A stretch of 64,000 nucleotides of DNA, taken from contig JANYBT010000042.1 of NCBI GenBank assembly GCA_025360645.1, forward strand, positions 516-64,515, in the 5' to 3' direction. The DNA is from Acidobacteriaceae bacterium. GTDB taxonomy: Bacteria > Acidobacteriota > Terriglobia > Terriglobales > Acidobacteriaceae. The first letter of the stretch is position 1. Each line of letters begins with the position of its first letter. Shown here piece after piece: positions 18,895 to 26,609 of this stretch. Made by a program: the position numbers and the translations under genes. Below the pieces are notes generated by a model. The model saw only the letters and a program-made list of their open reading frames with translations, ran no database searches and had not been told where the DNA came from.

Positions 18895-20364
18895 ATGTAT
18901 TCTTTGATTTTCCTGGGTGTATTCTCTTTTTTCCTGGCGCTCGTCCTGACCCCCGCCGTACGGAACACCTTCCGCCGGTGGGGTATCGTTGACCAGCCCG
19001 GTGATGCCCGTCGTGTCCATAAGATTCCTATCCCTCGCGTCGGCGGGGTGGCCATCGCCCTCGCGTACGTCCTCTCCTACGCCGCCCTATTTGCCATCAG
19101 GCTCCAGGCCGGCTTCCTCATCTGGGATTCTCTTGACCTAGCCATTCGCCTTCTCCCCGCCGCCGGCCTCATCTTCGCTGTTGGGCTCATCGACGACCTT
19201 CGCGGTCTCAAGCCGTGGCAGAAAATCCTCGTCGAGTTGCTCGCCGGCAGCATCGCCTATTGGGGTGGTGTTCATGTCAATGGATTCGGCGGCTTCCAGA
19301 TTGGCTACGGCTGGAGCTTCCCGCTGACGCTCGTCTGGCTCCTAGCCTGCACGAACGCCGTCAATCTCATCGACGGGATCGACGGACTAGCCGCCGGCGT
19401 AGGCCTGTTCGCCACTTGCACAATGCTGCTCGCCGCTCTGCTCCAGAACAATATCGTCCTTGCTCTCGCCGTCGTCCCATTGGCCGGCTGCCTGCTCGGC
19501 TTCCTCCGGTATAATTTCAATCCCGCCACTATCTTTCTCGGCGACTCCGGTAGCCTCTTTATCGGTTTCTTGCTCGGCTGCTACGGCGTTCACTGGAGCC
19601 AGAAAGCGGCCACCATCCTTGGCATGACCGCACCGCTGATGGCGCTGGCCATCCCGCTCCTCGATACCAGCCTCGCCATCGCCCGCCGCTTCCTCAGCCA
19701 CCAGCCGATCTTTGGCGCCGATCGCGGCCATATCCACCACCGTCTCCTCGATCGCGGCCTCACGCCCCGCAAGGTCGCACTGATCCTTTACGCCTGCTGT
19801 GGTGTTGGCGCCTGTTTGTCGCTTCTAATGATGAATCGGCATCTCTCCGGCTTAGCCATCATCGTCTTTTGTCTCATCACCTGGGTTGGCATCCAGCACC
19901 TGGGATACATCGAGTTTGGCGTAACCGGCCGCATGTTTGTGGAAGGCGCTTTCCGCCGCCAACTGCATTCGCAGATCGCACTCCAAACCTACGAGGATCG
20001 TCTCAACGCAGCAGCCACCCCCGACGAATATTGGATAGTGATGGAAGCGGCGTTGAAAGAGTTCGGGTTCCACCGCGCCCACATGTCACTTGGCGGTCGC
20101 ACCTTCACTTGGGAGGGCACTCTCCATCCGGTCTTATCCTGGGATATAACGATTCCCATTTCCGATTCCTCTGAGTCGGACATCGTCCACCTCACGCGCC
20201 CATTCGGGGCTTCGGGCAACCCGAATGTCGTAGGGGCGCTTCCCGACATTCTCCGCAAGACCCTGGGCGCGAGGCGCCTCGCCGGGTGGTGGGCACCTGT
20301 AGTGCGGAAGAAGGTGCCGTGGCGAACATTTAGGATGCGATCCGTGAATACTTCGAAATCCTGA
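18895..20364 (+). CDS. Undecaprenyl-phosphate HexNAc-1-phosphate transferase (WecA/WbpL, MraY-like GT4 family) with C-terminal extension
   Basis: Contains LIDDLRGL, NAVNLIDGIDGLAAG and FLGDSGSLFIGF motifs of polyprenyl-phosphate N-acetylhexosamine-1-P transferases. About 150 extra soluble residues follow the last TM helix. Confidence 0.8.
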   Translation: MYSLIFLGVFSFFLALVLTPAVRNTFRRWGIVDQPGDARRVHKIPIPRVGGVAIALAYVLSYAALFAIRLQAGFLIWDSLDLAIRLLPAAGLIFAVGLIDDLRGLKPWQKILVELLAGSIAYWGGVHVNGFGGFQIGYGWSFPLTLVWLLACTNAVNLIDGIDGLAAGVGLFATCTMLLAALLQNNIVLALAVVPLAGCLLGFLRYNFNPATIFLGDSGSLFIGFLLGCYGVHWSQKAATILGMTAPLMALAIPLLDTSLAIARRFLSHQPIFGADRGHIHHRLLDRGLTPRKVALILYACCGVGACLSLLMMNRHLSGLAIIVFCLITWVGIQHLGYIEFGVTGRMFVEGAFRRQLHSQIALQTYEDRLNAAATPDEYWIVMEAALKEFGFHRAHMSLGGRTFTWEGTLHPVLSWDITIPISDSSESDIVHLTRPFGASGNPNVVGALPDILRKTLGARRLAGWWAPVVRKKVPWRTFRMRSVNTSKS

Positions 20365-20534
20365 TAGCAAGGCTCCCCGCGAGTCAGACTCCTGGTCCTT
20401 TGGCCCTGCATACACAAGCCAAGGCAATCCCGAACTCCCATTTTCATTCATATCCCTACGAATGAAAGGATCCAACCGGAATTGAAGCACGACTTGCCGG
20501 ATTGCTCCGTCAGACCGGCCCATCCGAGGCACCG

Positions 20535-21506
20535 ATGTGGTTAAATAACGACCAGAGTCCCATGTCCGAACAAAGTGATTCAAAATCGGGCGAAATTTGG
20601 CATGTGCCCCAGAGCCCTTTTTCGATTGAGTGTTCCGCGGCAGTGCTGGACCACATCCGCCAGGAAGTTGAAGCCGCACTTCGTGCTCGCCGCGGCGAGC
20701 ACGAAATCGGCGGCGTGCTGTTTGGGCACAACCAGCTTGGAGGCATCCGCATTGTCGCCTGCCGCCCGTTGCGATGCGAGCACGCCATGGGTCCCGGATT
20801 CGTCCTCTCGGCGGGCGATGAGAAACAACTGTCGGAGCTGATCGCGGCTCCCGCTGCCGACTCCGAACTGCACGGGCTCGCGGCCCTGGGCTGGTACCAC
20901 TCCCATATCCACAGCCGGATTTTCCTCTCCGAGCGCGACCTCCAGATCCACTCCCGCTACTTCCCTGCGCCGTTTCAGGTGGCCCTGGTGCTCCGGACGG
21001 GCGCCGGTAAGCCCATCCGCGCGGGGTACTTCTTTTGGGATCTCGACGGCGGCATTCACGCTGATTCGAGCTATCGGGAATTCGTCCTCAAGAGCCCGGA
21101 TCCAGGGCCCATACTCACCCAGTCGGCCCCTTTTACTGCAAACCCTCCCTCTGACAAGGATCCCGTTTCCAGCAAGCCCACCCAGCCCATCATTCTGGTC
21201 TGTTCGAACTGCGGTGGCAAGCGCCTTCTGAGATCCCACCGGAGTGTTATGGAGCGGATTGGGGGCCTGGCTGGCTTGTACCCCTACCGCTGCGAGGAGT
21301 GTCTCTCCCGATCCTTCCAGAGGCGCTCCCGCGGGCTGTTAGAACTGGCCCACTCCCACGCCGGAAAGAGACCGGAAGAGCAAAGACGAGCCTGGCTACG
21401 TACCCGCCGCGAACTCATCCTCTATGGCGCTGGCATCCTAGGCTTCCTCCTGTTCCTTTTCTATTATTTGATTCGCGATACTAGCCCGAAGCCGGATCAG
21501 CTTTGA
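20535..21506 (+). CDS. JAMM/MPN+ metalloprotease fused to a C4 zinc ribbon and a C-terminal TM anchor
   Basis: Complete JAMM signature: E in HEIGGVLFG, then GWYHSHIHSRIFLSERD (HxH-x7-S-xx-D). This is followed by CSNCGG...x25...CEEC and the hydrophobic helix LILYGAGILGFLLFLFYYLI. ATG 20535 has GAGG upstream; the ORF track starts at TTG 20502. Confidence 0.7.
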   Translation: MWLNNDQSPMSEQSDSKSGEIWHVPQSPFSIECSAAVLDHIRQEVEAALRARRGEHEIGGVLFGHNQLGGIRIVACRPLRCEHAMGPGFVLSAGDEKQLSELIAAPAADSELHGLAALGWYHSHIHSRIFLSERDLQIHSRYFPAPFQVALVLRTGAGKPIRAGYFFWDLDGGIHADSSYREFVLKSPDPGPILTQSAPFTANPPSDKDPVSSKPTQPIILVCSNCGGKRLLRSHRSVMERIGGLAGLYPYRCEECLSRSFQRRSRGLLELAHSHAGKRPEEQRRAWLRTRRELILYGAGILGFLLFLFYYLIRDTSPKPDQL

Positions 21507-21723
21507 GGGTTCCGTTTCTTGCCGATTCCAACGGCTACCCGTAGTTCGCCAAAGTTTCCGCCGCCAATGGTCGATATTTCTTCATGTCATCACCGGAAAC
21601 GTCGTCGTCACTACTCCGGCCGGCACTTTGACCAGCAACGTAAAGTTTCAGGTCACTAAGTAGGCCCCGGTCACCGCCAGCTCCAACCAGCCGTACTAGA
21701 ATGATGAAGTGGATGCAGGCTTC

Positions 21724-21888
21724 ATGTGCGCGGGATGCGGCGAGTGGAACGAAACGGTGGTGGACGAGTCGGCGGGAGCGCGCCAGCGCTATGTGGAAGA
21801 CTGCCAGGTCTGTTGCAAGCCCAATCTACTGCGAATTCAGTATGATCACGAGTTGCAGTCTTTTGCAGTGAACGCGGAACTGGAATGA
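21724..21888 (+). CDS. CPXCG-motif cysteine-rich small protein (54 aa; below the ORF-track length cut-off)
   Basis: My own translation is [54 protein letters not shown]. The CxxCGE ... EDCQVCC(K/R)P pattern is the hallmark of the Cys_rich_CPXCG family. Stop TGA at 21886-21888. Confidence 0.65.
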   Translation: MCAGCGEWNETVVDESAGARQRYVEDCQVCCKPNLLRIQYDHELQSFAVNAELE

Positions 21889-21955
21889 AATCCAAGAAAG
21901 AGGCATGACAATGAGTGCAGCGGCGAGTCCCGTGGGCAGAACGGTTTTCCATCAG

Positions 21956-22276
21956 ATGGTCACAACACAATTTGAACTGGATGGATTCCGGGTAGTGAAA
22001 ACGCTAGGCGTGGTGCGCGGGATTGTGGTGCGGTCGCGGTCGATTTTTGGCACCATTGGCGCGGGCTTGCAGACGCTGGTCGGCGGAAACATTACCCTGC
22101 TGACCAACCTGTGCGAAAAGACGCGGGCTGAAGCCTTCGACCTGATGCTGCAACATGCAGCGGACCTGGGCGGCAACGCAGTGGTCGGGGCTCGCTACGA
22201 TGCGACAGAAGTCATGAATGGCGTCACTGAGGTGCTGGCCTATGGGACGGCGGTGTTCGTGGAGCCGAGCCGATAA
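21956..22276 (+). CDS. YbjQ-family (UPF0145) protein
   Basis: [82 protein letters not shown] is the canonical YbjQ pattern. The internal ATG 21956 gives the family-typical size of about 106 aa. Confidence 0.8.
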   Translation: MVTTQFELDGFRVVKTLGVVRGIVVRSRSIFGTIGAGLQTLVGGNITLLTNLCEKTRAEAFDLMLQHAADLGGNAVVGARYDATEVMNGVTEVLAYGTAVFVEPSR

Positions 22277-22291
22277 GCGCGATTGCCGCGC
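22277..22291. terminator. Weak GC hairpin between convergent ybjQ-like and thioesterase genes
   Basis: gcgcg-attgc-cgcgc (5-bp stem) immediately after the TAA at 22274-22276, followed by gcgtcttt. Short stem, so weak support. Confidence 0.25.
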
Positions 22292-22304
22292 GGCGTCTTT
22301 CCCC

Positions 22305-22700
22305 CTAGCCTTCGCTTTTTCTCATGCGAGCGAGGAACTTGGTTACGTTGATGACGGCGCGTCCCACGGTGCCGCGTCCGATTTCCTGAGAGTCGTCGCG
22401 GGCGGTGACGCGCATGGTGTAGAACCTGCCATCGAAGGATTCCAGCACGGCTTCGGCGCGGATGCGAGCGCCGATGCCGCTGGCCACCCGATGCTCAATG
22501 TTGATGGCGGTGCCAACGGTGATCTCGCCTGGATCGCAATAGGAATGCAGGGCGCGGAACGCCGCGGTTTCCATCAGGCGGATCATGTCGGGCGTGGAAT
22601 AGACGGGAGGGAGTTCTGCGTGGTGTGCAGTGAGAGTGTGGCGGAACTCCACGGTTTCCTGAGCTTCGCCGCGCGCGCCGAGCGGAATCGGTTGGGCCAT
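22305..22700 (-). CDS. Hotdog-fold thioesterase (FlK-like family)
   Basis: VEFRHTLTAHHAEL...VYSTPDMIRLMETAAFRAL...GEITVGTAINIEHRVASGIGARIRAEAVLESFDGRFYTMRV matches the small acyl-CoA thioesterase pattern. The start is taken at MAQPIPLG. Confidence 0.65.
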   Translation of the reverse strand: MAQPIPLGARGEAQETVEFRHTLTAHHAELPPVYSTPDMIRLMETAAFRALHSYCDPGEITVGTAINIEHRVASGIGARIRAEAVLESFDGRFYTMRVTARDDSQEIGRGTVGRAVINVTKFLARMRKSEG

Positions 22701-22821
22701 AGTGATTCTCTTTTCTGGGAACCTGGAATTTCGGGGTGCGGGGCGCGAACCAAAAAACAATGAGCCGATAATGAGGCTGCATTATCGGCCCAAGCGAATC
22801 AATCTCTGCATTCAGCGATGG

Positions 22822-23523
22822 TTACGCGGCGCGGGCGGTGCGCTTGGCTTCGATTCCGTCGAGCGCATTCCACAGCGCCTTGGCGGCCGCTTCGGCGGAG
22901 TCGAGCGCCTTTTCCGCGGCCTGCGGATTGGCTTCCACCTGCTTGGCGAGTTGATTGCGCCACACCTGGGCGTGGAAGACGTCCGCAGTGGTATGCAGGG
23001 TGAAGTAACCGCGGGTACGTGCATCCGCCGAATACATCTGCTTGAGGCCGCGATCCTTTTCCGCGGCCACGCGCGGCACCTGGGATTCGTAGGCGTAGAA
23101 TGCCGCCAGCGCTTCTGCCGGCGCGCCCTGCTGCGCGGTGCGGTGGAAGTGAGAGATCAGCGATTGGATGGCGTCCACCGGCTGGTGGTTTTGCAGACTG
23201 CGGCCGGAGCCCATTCCCTCGGCGAAGTCGAGCCAAAGCTCCGCGTGCGAGCGGGTGGGTTCACCGTAGATATCTTCGCCGCCGTTTTCGTCGTTCATGT
23301 TGGCCAGCAACGCGCGGCGCAACTCGCCTTCGGGCAGGCGCATGCCAAACTCAGCCAGGTGGCGCGGGAAAGCGTCCACGTGATGGTAGTAGTCGCGGGC
23401 ATACTCGCGAAGGTCGTCGCGGGTCAGTTGTCCGGCGGTCCAAGCTTTGTAAAACGGGTGGCGGAGCAGGTCATACTTGGCGATGCGGGCGTCCAGTTCG
23501 GCGAAAAACGATTTTGAGGTCAT
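22822..23523 (-). CDS. CADD-family haem-oxygenase-like di-iron protein (putative self-sacrificing pABA synthase; PqqC/TenA fold)
   Basis: HPFYKAWTAGQLTRDDLREYARDYYHHVDAFPRHLA ... AAFYAYESQVPRVAAEKDRGL ... YFTLHTTADVFHA aligns block-for-block with my recollection of Chlamydia CT610 (HTFYVKWSKGELT..YAKDYYLHIKAFPKYLS..LYSYESQIPRIAREKIRGL..YFTEHEEADVRHA). Confidence 0.7.
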   Translation of the reverse strand: MTSKSFFAELDARIAKYDLLRHPFYKAWTAGQLTRDDLREYARDYYHHVDAFPRHLAEFGMRLPEGELRRALLANMNDENGGEDIYGEPTRSHAELWLDFAEGMGSGRSLQNHQPVDAIQSLISHFHRTAQQGAPAEALAAFYAYESQVPRVAAEKDRGLKQMYSADARTRGYFTLHTTADVFHAQVWRNQLAKQVEANPQAAEKALDSAEAAAKALWNALDGIEAKRTARAA

Positions 23524-23676
23524 GCTCACTCCTGTTGGAAATGGAACCACTACTATACGAGCGGCGGGGAAGCTGTGACAAGCTCCTCGCGAGGTACCCC
23601 CGCCGGGTTGGTAGAATAAGGGTCGATGGTCCTTTCGGGCTGTCCCGGCCTGGTTGTGGGGAGTGCGCTAGCCAAC

Positions 23677-25716
23677 ATGCTGTTCGACGAACAATTCGAC
23701 GTGGTCGTGGTGGGCGCTGGTCATGCCGGGTGCGAGGCGGCGATGGCGGCTGCGCGCATGGGACTGAAGACTGCGTTGTTCACGCTGAATGTAGACCTGA
23801 TCGCGCAGATGTCTTGCAATCCGGCGATTGGCGGCATCGCCAAGGGCCATCTGGTGCGCGAGGTAGATGCCCTCGGCGGCATCATGGGCGAAATTACCGA
23901 TGCGGTTGGAATCCAATTCCGGCTGCTGAATACGTCGCGCGGCCCGGCGGTGTGGTCGCCGCGCGCCCAGTGCGACAAGCAAGCCTATCGGCTGAAGATG
24001 CGCGAGGTCCTGGAGTCGCAGTCGAACTTGAAGATCAAGCAGGCGGAAGTGGTCGATCTCATCACTGAACCGATCATCAACGGGCCGAACATCAATGAGC
24101 CGATCATCGCTGAACCGATCGCGGGCGAGACTACACTTGAAACCGGAAACTCGAAGCTAGAAACTGCCTGTCGCGGGGTCAAGCTACGCGATGGCCGGAC
24201 GGTCGGAGCATCAGCGGTGGTGGTCACGACGGGGACTTTCCTCAACGGGCTGATTCACTGCGGCGAGCAACAGTATCCCGCGGGACGGTCGGGCGAAGCG
24301 GCTGCGGTGTTGCTCGGAGAAGCGCTGAAGAACTTGGGCCTGCGTGGGTGCAGGTTGAAGACAGGCACGCCGCCTCGGCTGGATGGGCGGACGATCGATT
24401 GGTCGCGCTTCCAGGAGCAGCCCGGCGACGCCGACCCGACGCCGTTTAGTTTTCGGACGCGGCGGGTGGCCCATCACGATTCGCAGGTGCCGTGCTACAT
24501 CGCGTTCACGACTGAAGAGACCCACCGCATCATCCGCGAGAACGTGCACCGGTCGCCCATGTATTCAGGGCAGATTCAGTCGATTGGGCCGCGGTACTGT
24601 CCGTCCATCGAAGACAAGATCGTCAAGTTTCCCGAGAAGCTATCACACCAGCTCTTTCTGGAGCCGGAGGGACTGAATACCCACGAGATTTACATTAACG
24701 GCATGAGCACATCGCTGCCCATCGATGTGCAGTTGGCGGTGATCAAGTCCATCCCCGGGCTGGAAGAGGCGGAGATGATGCGCCCGGGATACGCCATTGA
24801 GTACGACTCGATTGACCCTACCGAACTGGAGCGGACGCTGCAGACCAAGAAGATCGCAGGCCTGTTCCTGGGTGGACAGATCAACGGCACCAGTGGATAT
24901 GAAGAGGCGGCGTGCCAGGGCCTGATGGCGGGCATCAATGCGGCGCTGCAGGTGAAGCGGGAGCCGCCGCTGATTCTCGACCGGACCGAGGCGTATACCG
25001 CGATCCTGATTGACGACTTGATCTCGAAGGGAACCAACGAGCCCTACCGCATGTTTACCTCGCGGGCCGAGTTCCGGCTGCACCTGAGGATCGACAATGC
25101 AGACCGGCGGCTGACTCCGCATGGGCGGCGCGTGGGACTGATCGGGGATGGCGCGTGGCGAGATTTCCTGGCCAAGCAGCAGCGGCTGGAGGAGATGAAG
25201 CTGCTCCTGGAAAAGACGAAAGTGACGGCGGCAATCGCGGGCGAGATCGGCGAGCGGGCGGCCGCCAATCTGAGCGCAACGGTAGGTCAGACCTGCGCTC
25301 AGTTGCTGAAGCGCACGGAGGTGGTCATTGAACAGATGGCCGGAATACTCCACAAGGCTTCGCCCACTTTTTTTGAGCGAGGCGGGGTGGTCGTTGCGGC
25401 GTCGAACCTTTCGTCGGAAGTGCGCAACGAGCTGAAGCAGATCGAGACGGAGATCAAGTATGCGGGATATCTGGACCAGCAGCAGAAGTCCATCGACCGG
25501 CTGAAGAAGTCAGAGCAGCGCGGGATTCCGGAGTGGTTTGATTACGTTTCGGTAAGCGGGTTGTCGCGGGAGAATCGCGAGAAACTGGTCCATGTGCGGC
25601 CGCGCACTCTGGCACAGGCCAGCCGGATTCCGGGCATCACGCCGGCGGCAGTGTCGCTGATCAACATTTTTATTGAGATTCAGGGGAAGCGGCGGGAACA
25701 AGCCGCGGCACTATAG
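23677..25716 (+). CDS. mnmG: tRNA uridine-5-carboxymethylaminomethyl(34) synthesis enzyme MnmG (GidA)
   Basis: [51 protein letters not shown] and [13 protein letters not shown]. Start at MLFDEQFDV. Confidence 0.95.
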   Translation: MLFDEQFDVVVVGAGHAGCEAAMAAARMGLKTALFTLNVDLIAQMSCNPAIGGIAKGHLVREVDALGGIMGEITDAVGIQFRLLNTSRGPAVWSPRAQCDKQAYRLKMREVLESQSNLKIKQAEVVDLITEPIINGPNINEPIIAEPIAGETTLETGNSKLETACRGVKLRDGRTVGASAVVVTTGTFLNGLIHCGEQQYPAGRSGEAAAVLLGEALKNLGLRGCRLKTGTPPRLDGRTIDWSRFQEQPGDADPTPFSFRTRRVAHHDSQVPCYIAFTTEETHRIIRENVHRSPMYSGQIQSIGPRYCPSIEDKIVKFPEKLSHQLFLEPEGLNTHEIYINGMSTSLPIDVQLAVIKSIPGLEEAEMMRPGYAIEYDSIDPTELERTLQTKKIAGLFLGGQINGTSGYEEAACQGLMAGINAALQVKREPPLILDRTEAYTAILIDDLISKGTNEPYRMFTSRAEFRLHLRIDNADRRLTPHGRRVGLIGDGAWRDFLAKQQRLEEMKLLLEKTKVTAAIAGEIGERAAANLSATVGQTCAQLLKRTEVVIEQMAGILHKASPTFFERGGVVVAASNLSSEVRNELKQIETEIKYAGYLDQQQKSIDRLKKSEQRGIPEWFDYVSVSGLSRENREKLVHVRPRTLAQASRIPGITPAAVSLINIFIEIQGKRREQAAAL

Positions 25717-25851
25717 GCGTCGGGAGCAAAGCAAAATCCACACTCGGAAGGCACGGAGTTCTTCAGCAAACTTCGCTCAACTCCCCGTCTCGGCCTTCTT
25801 CTTCGCCCTCTCGGAGTCCAAGCGGTGAGGTTTGACGCGGAAACATAGAGA

Positions 25852-25867
25852 GCACGGCAAGCCGTGC
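25852..25867. terminator. Hairpin between convergent mnmG and rpmB (candidate intrinsic terminator for rpmB)
   Basis: gcacgg-caag-ccgtgc (6-bp GC stem, 4-nt loop) lies 30 nt beyond the rpmB stop. On the minus strand it is followed by tctctatgttt. Confidence 0.4.
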
Positions 25868-25896
25868 CCCGAGACCAGCGAAATTGTAAGGAAGCG

Positions 25897-26085
25897 CTAC
25901 GCTTTGACTACTTTGCCGCTACGCAGGCAGGAGGCGCAAACCCGCATGCGACGGTTGGCTGCACCGACCTTCGCCTTGATTGGGCGCAGGTTGACGTTCC
26001 AACGGCGCTTAGTCACGTTGTGGGCGTGGCTGATGTTGTTTCCGAACTGCGGCCCTTTGCCGCAGATTGCGCATACTTGTGCCAT
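25897..26085 (-). CDS. rpmB: 50S ribosomal protein L28
   Basis: MAQVCAICGKGPQFGNNISHAHNVTKRRWNVNLRPIKAKV... is a canonical L28 sequence. Confidence 0.95.
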   Translation of the reverse strand: MAQVCAICGKGPQFGNNISHAHNVTKRRWNVNLRPIKAKVGAANRRMRVCASCLRSGKVVKA

Positions 26086-26609
26086 AGCTACTCCAGATGG
26101 GATCAGAACTTGTCGAGCAAAATATTAGTTTACAGCATTTTGGCGGGTTTCGACAAGACGACACCGCGCTCCATCGCCGTCAGATCGCGCAGCGGCTCGG
26201 TGCGCGAAGGTTTCGCCGCGACTTTCCACAGGAAGTTGCCGGCATCCACAGCTTCTGCACACCAACGCTACAGTTTTCCCTTGCGGCAACCGCCCCGGAT
26301 CAAGCAGAGTGGATGGCAGTCAGAGCGGGAAATCCTGAGCGCTCTGCCATAAAAGGCGGCAGACAGGACGAACGCTATACGTTGCGGCCCGGGTGGCTGG
26401 CCCGGGCCGTTCGTTTGCAGCCGGGAGTTGCGAGTCGGTGTACCTGCGATTGAATTACTCGCCACTGCCACCTGGTGACCAACCTGTCATCTTTCGCTTT
26501 TTGTTCGATAGTGACATACTGAGGCGAGCACGGATTTTAATTGCGCTCGGCGTGTGTCCATGTGGGTGCCAACTTCAGCATCGGCAAGTTTTCAGACGGG
26601 TGAATTGAG

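Noticed and set aside
20502-20534. TTG 20502 start for the JAMM gene and ATG 58230 start for the RDD gene, as given by the ORF track
   Set aside because: The first ATG with a GAGG upstream (20535) is more plausible for the JAMM gene. A start at 58230 would make the RDD gene overlap the lptD 5' end, and its first 60 aa or so are Arg/His-rich. Both remain uncertain and are noted in the feature evidence.
25864-26608. Track ORFs of 162, 118, 71 and 67 aa in the rpmB-dnaB spacer
   Set aside because: They overlap one another or rpmB, are low-complexity (Arg/Ala/Pro/Gly), and have no start-site context. The region is treated as non-coding and flagged in findings.
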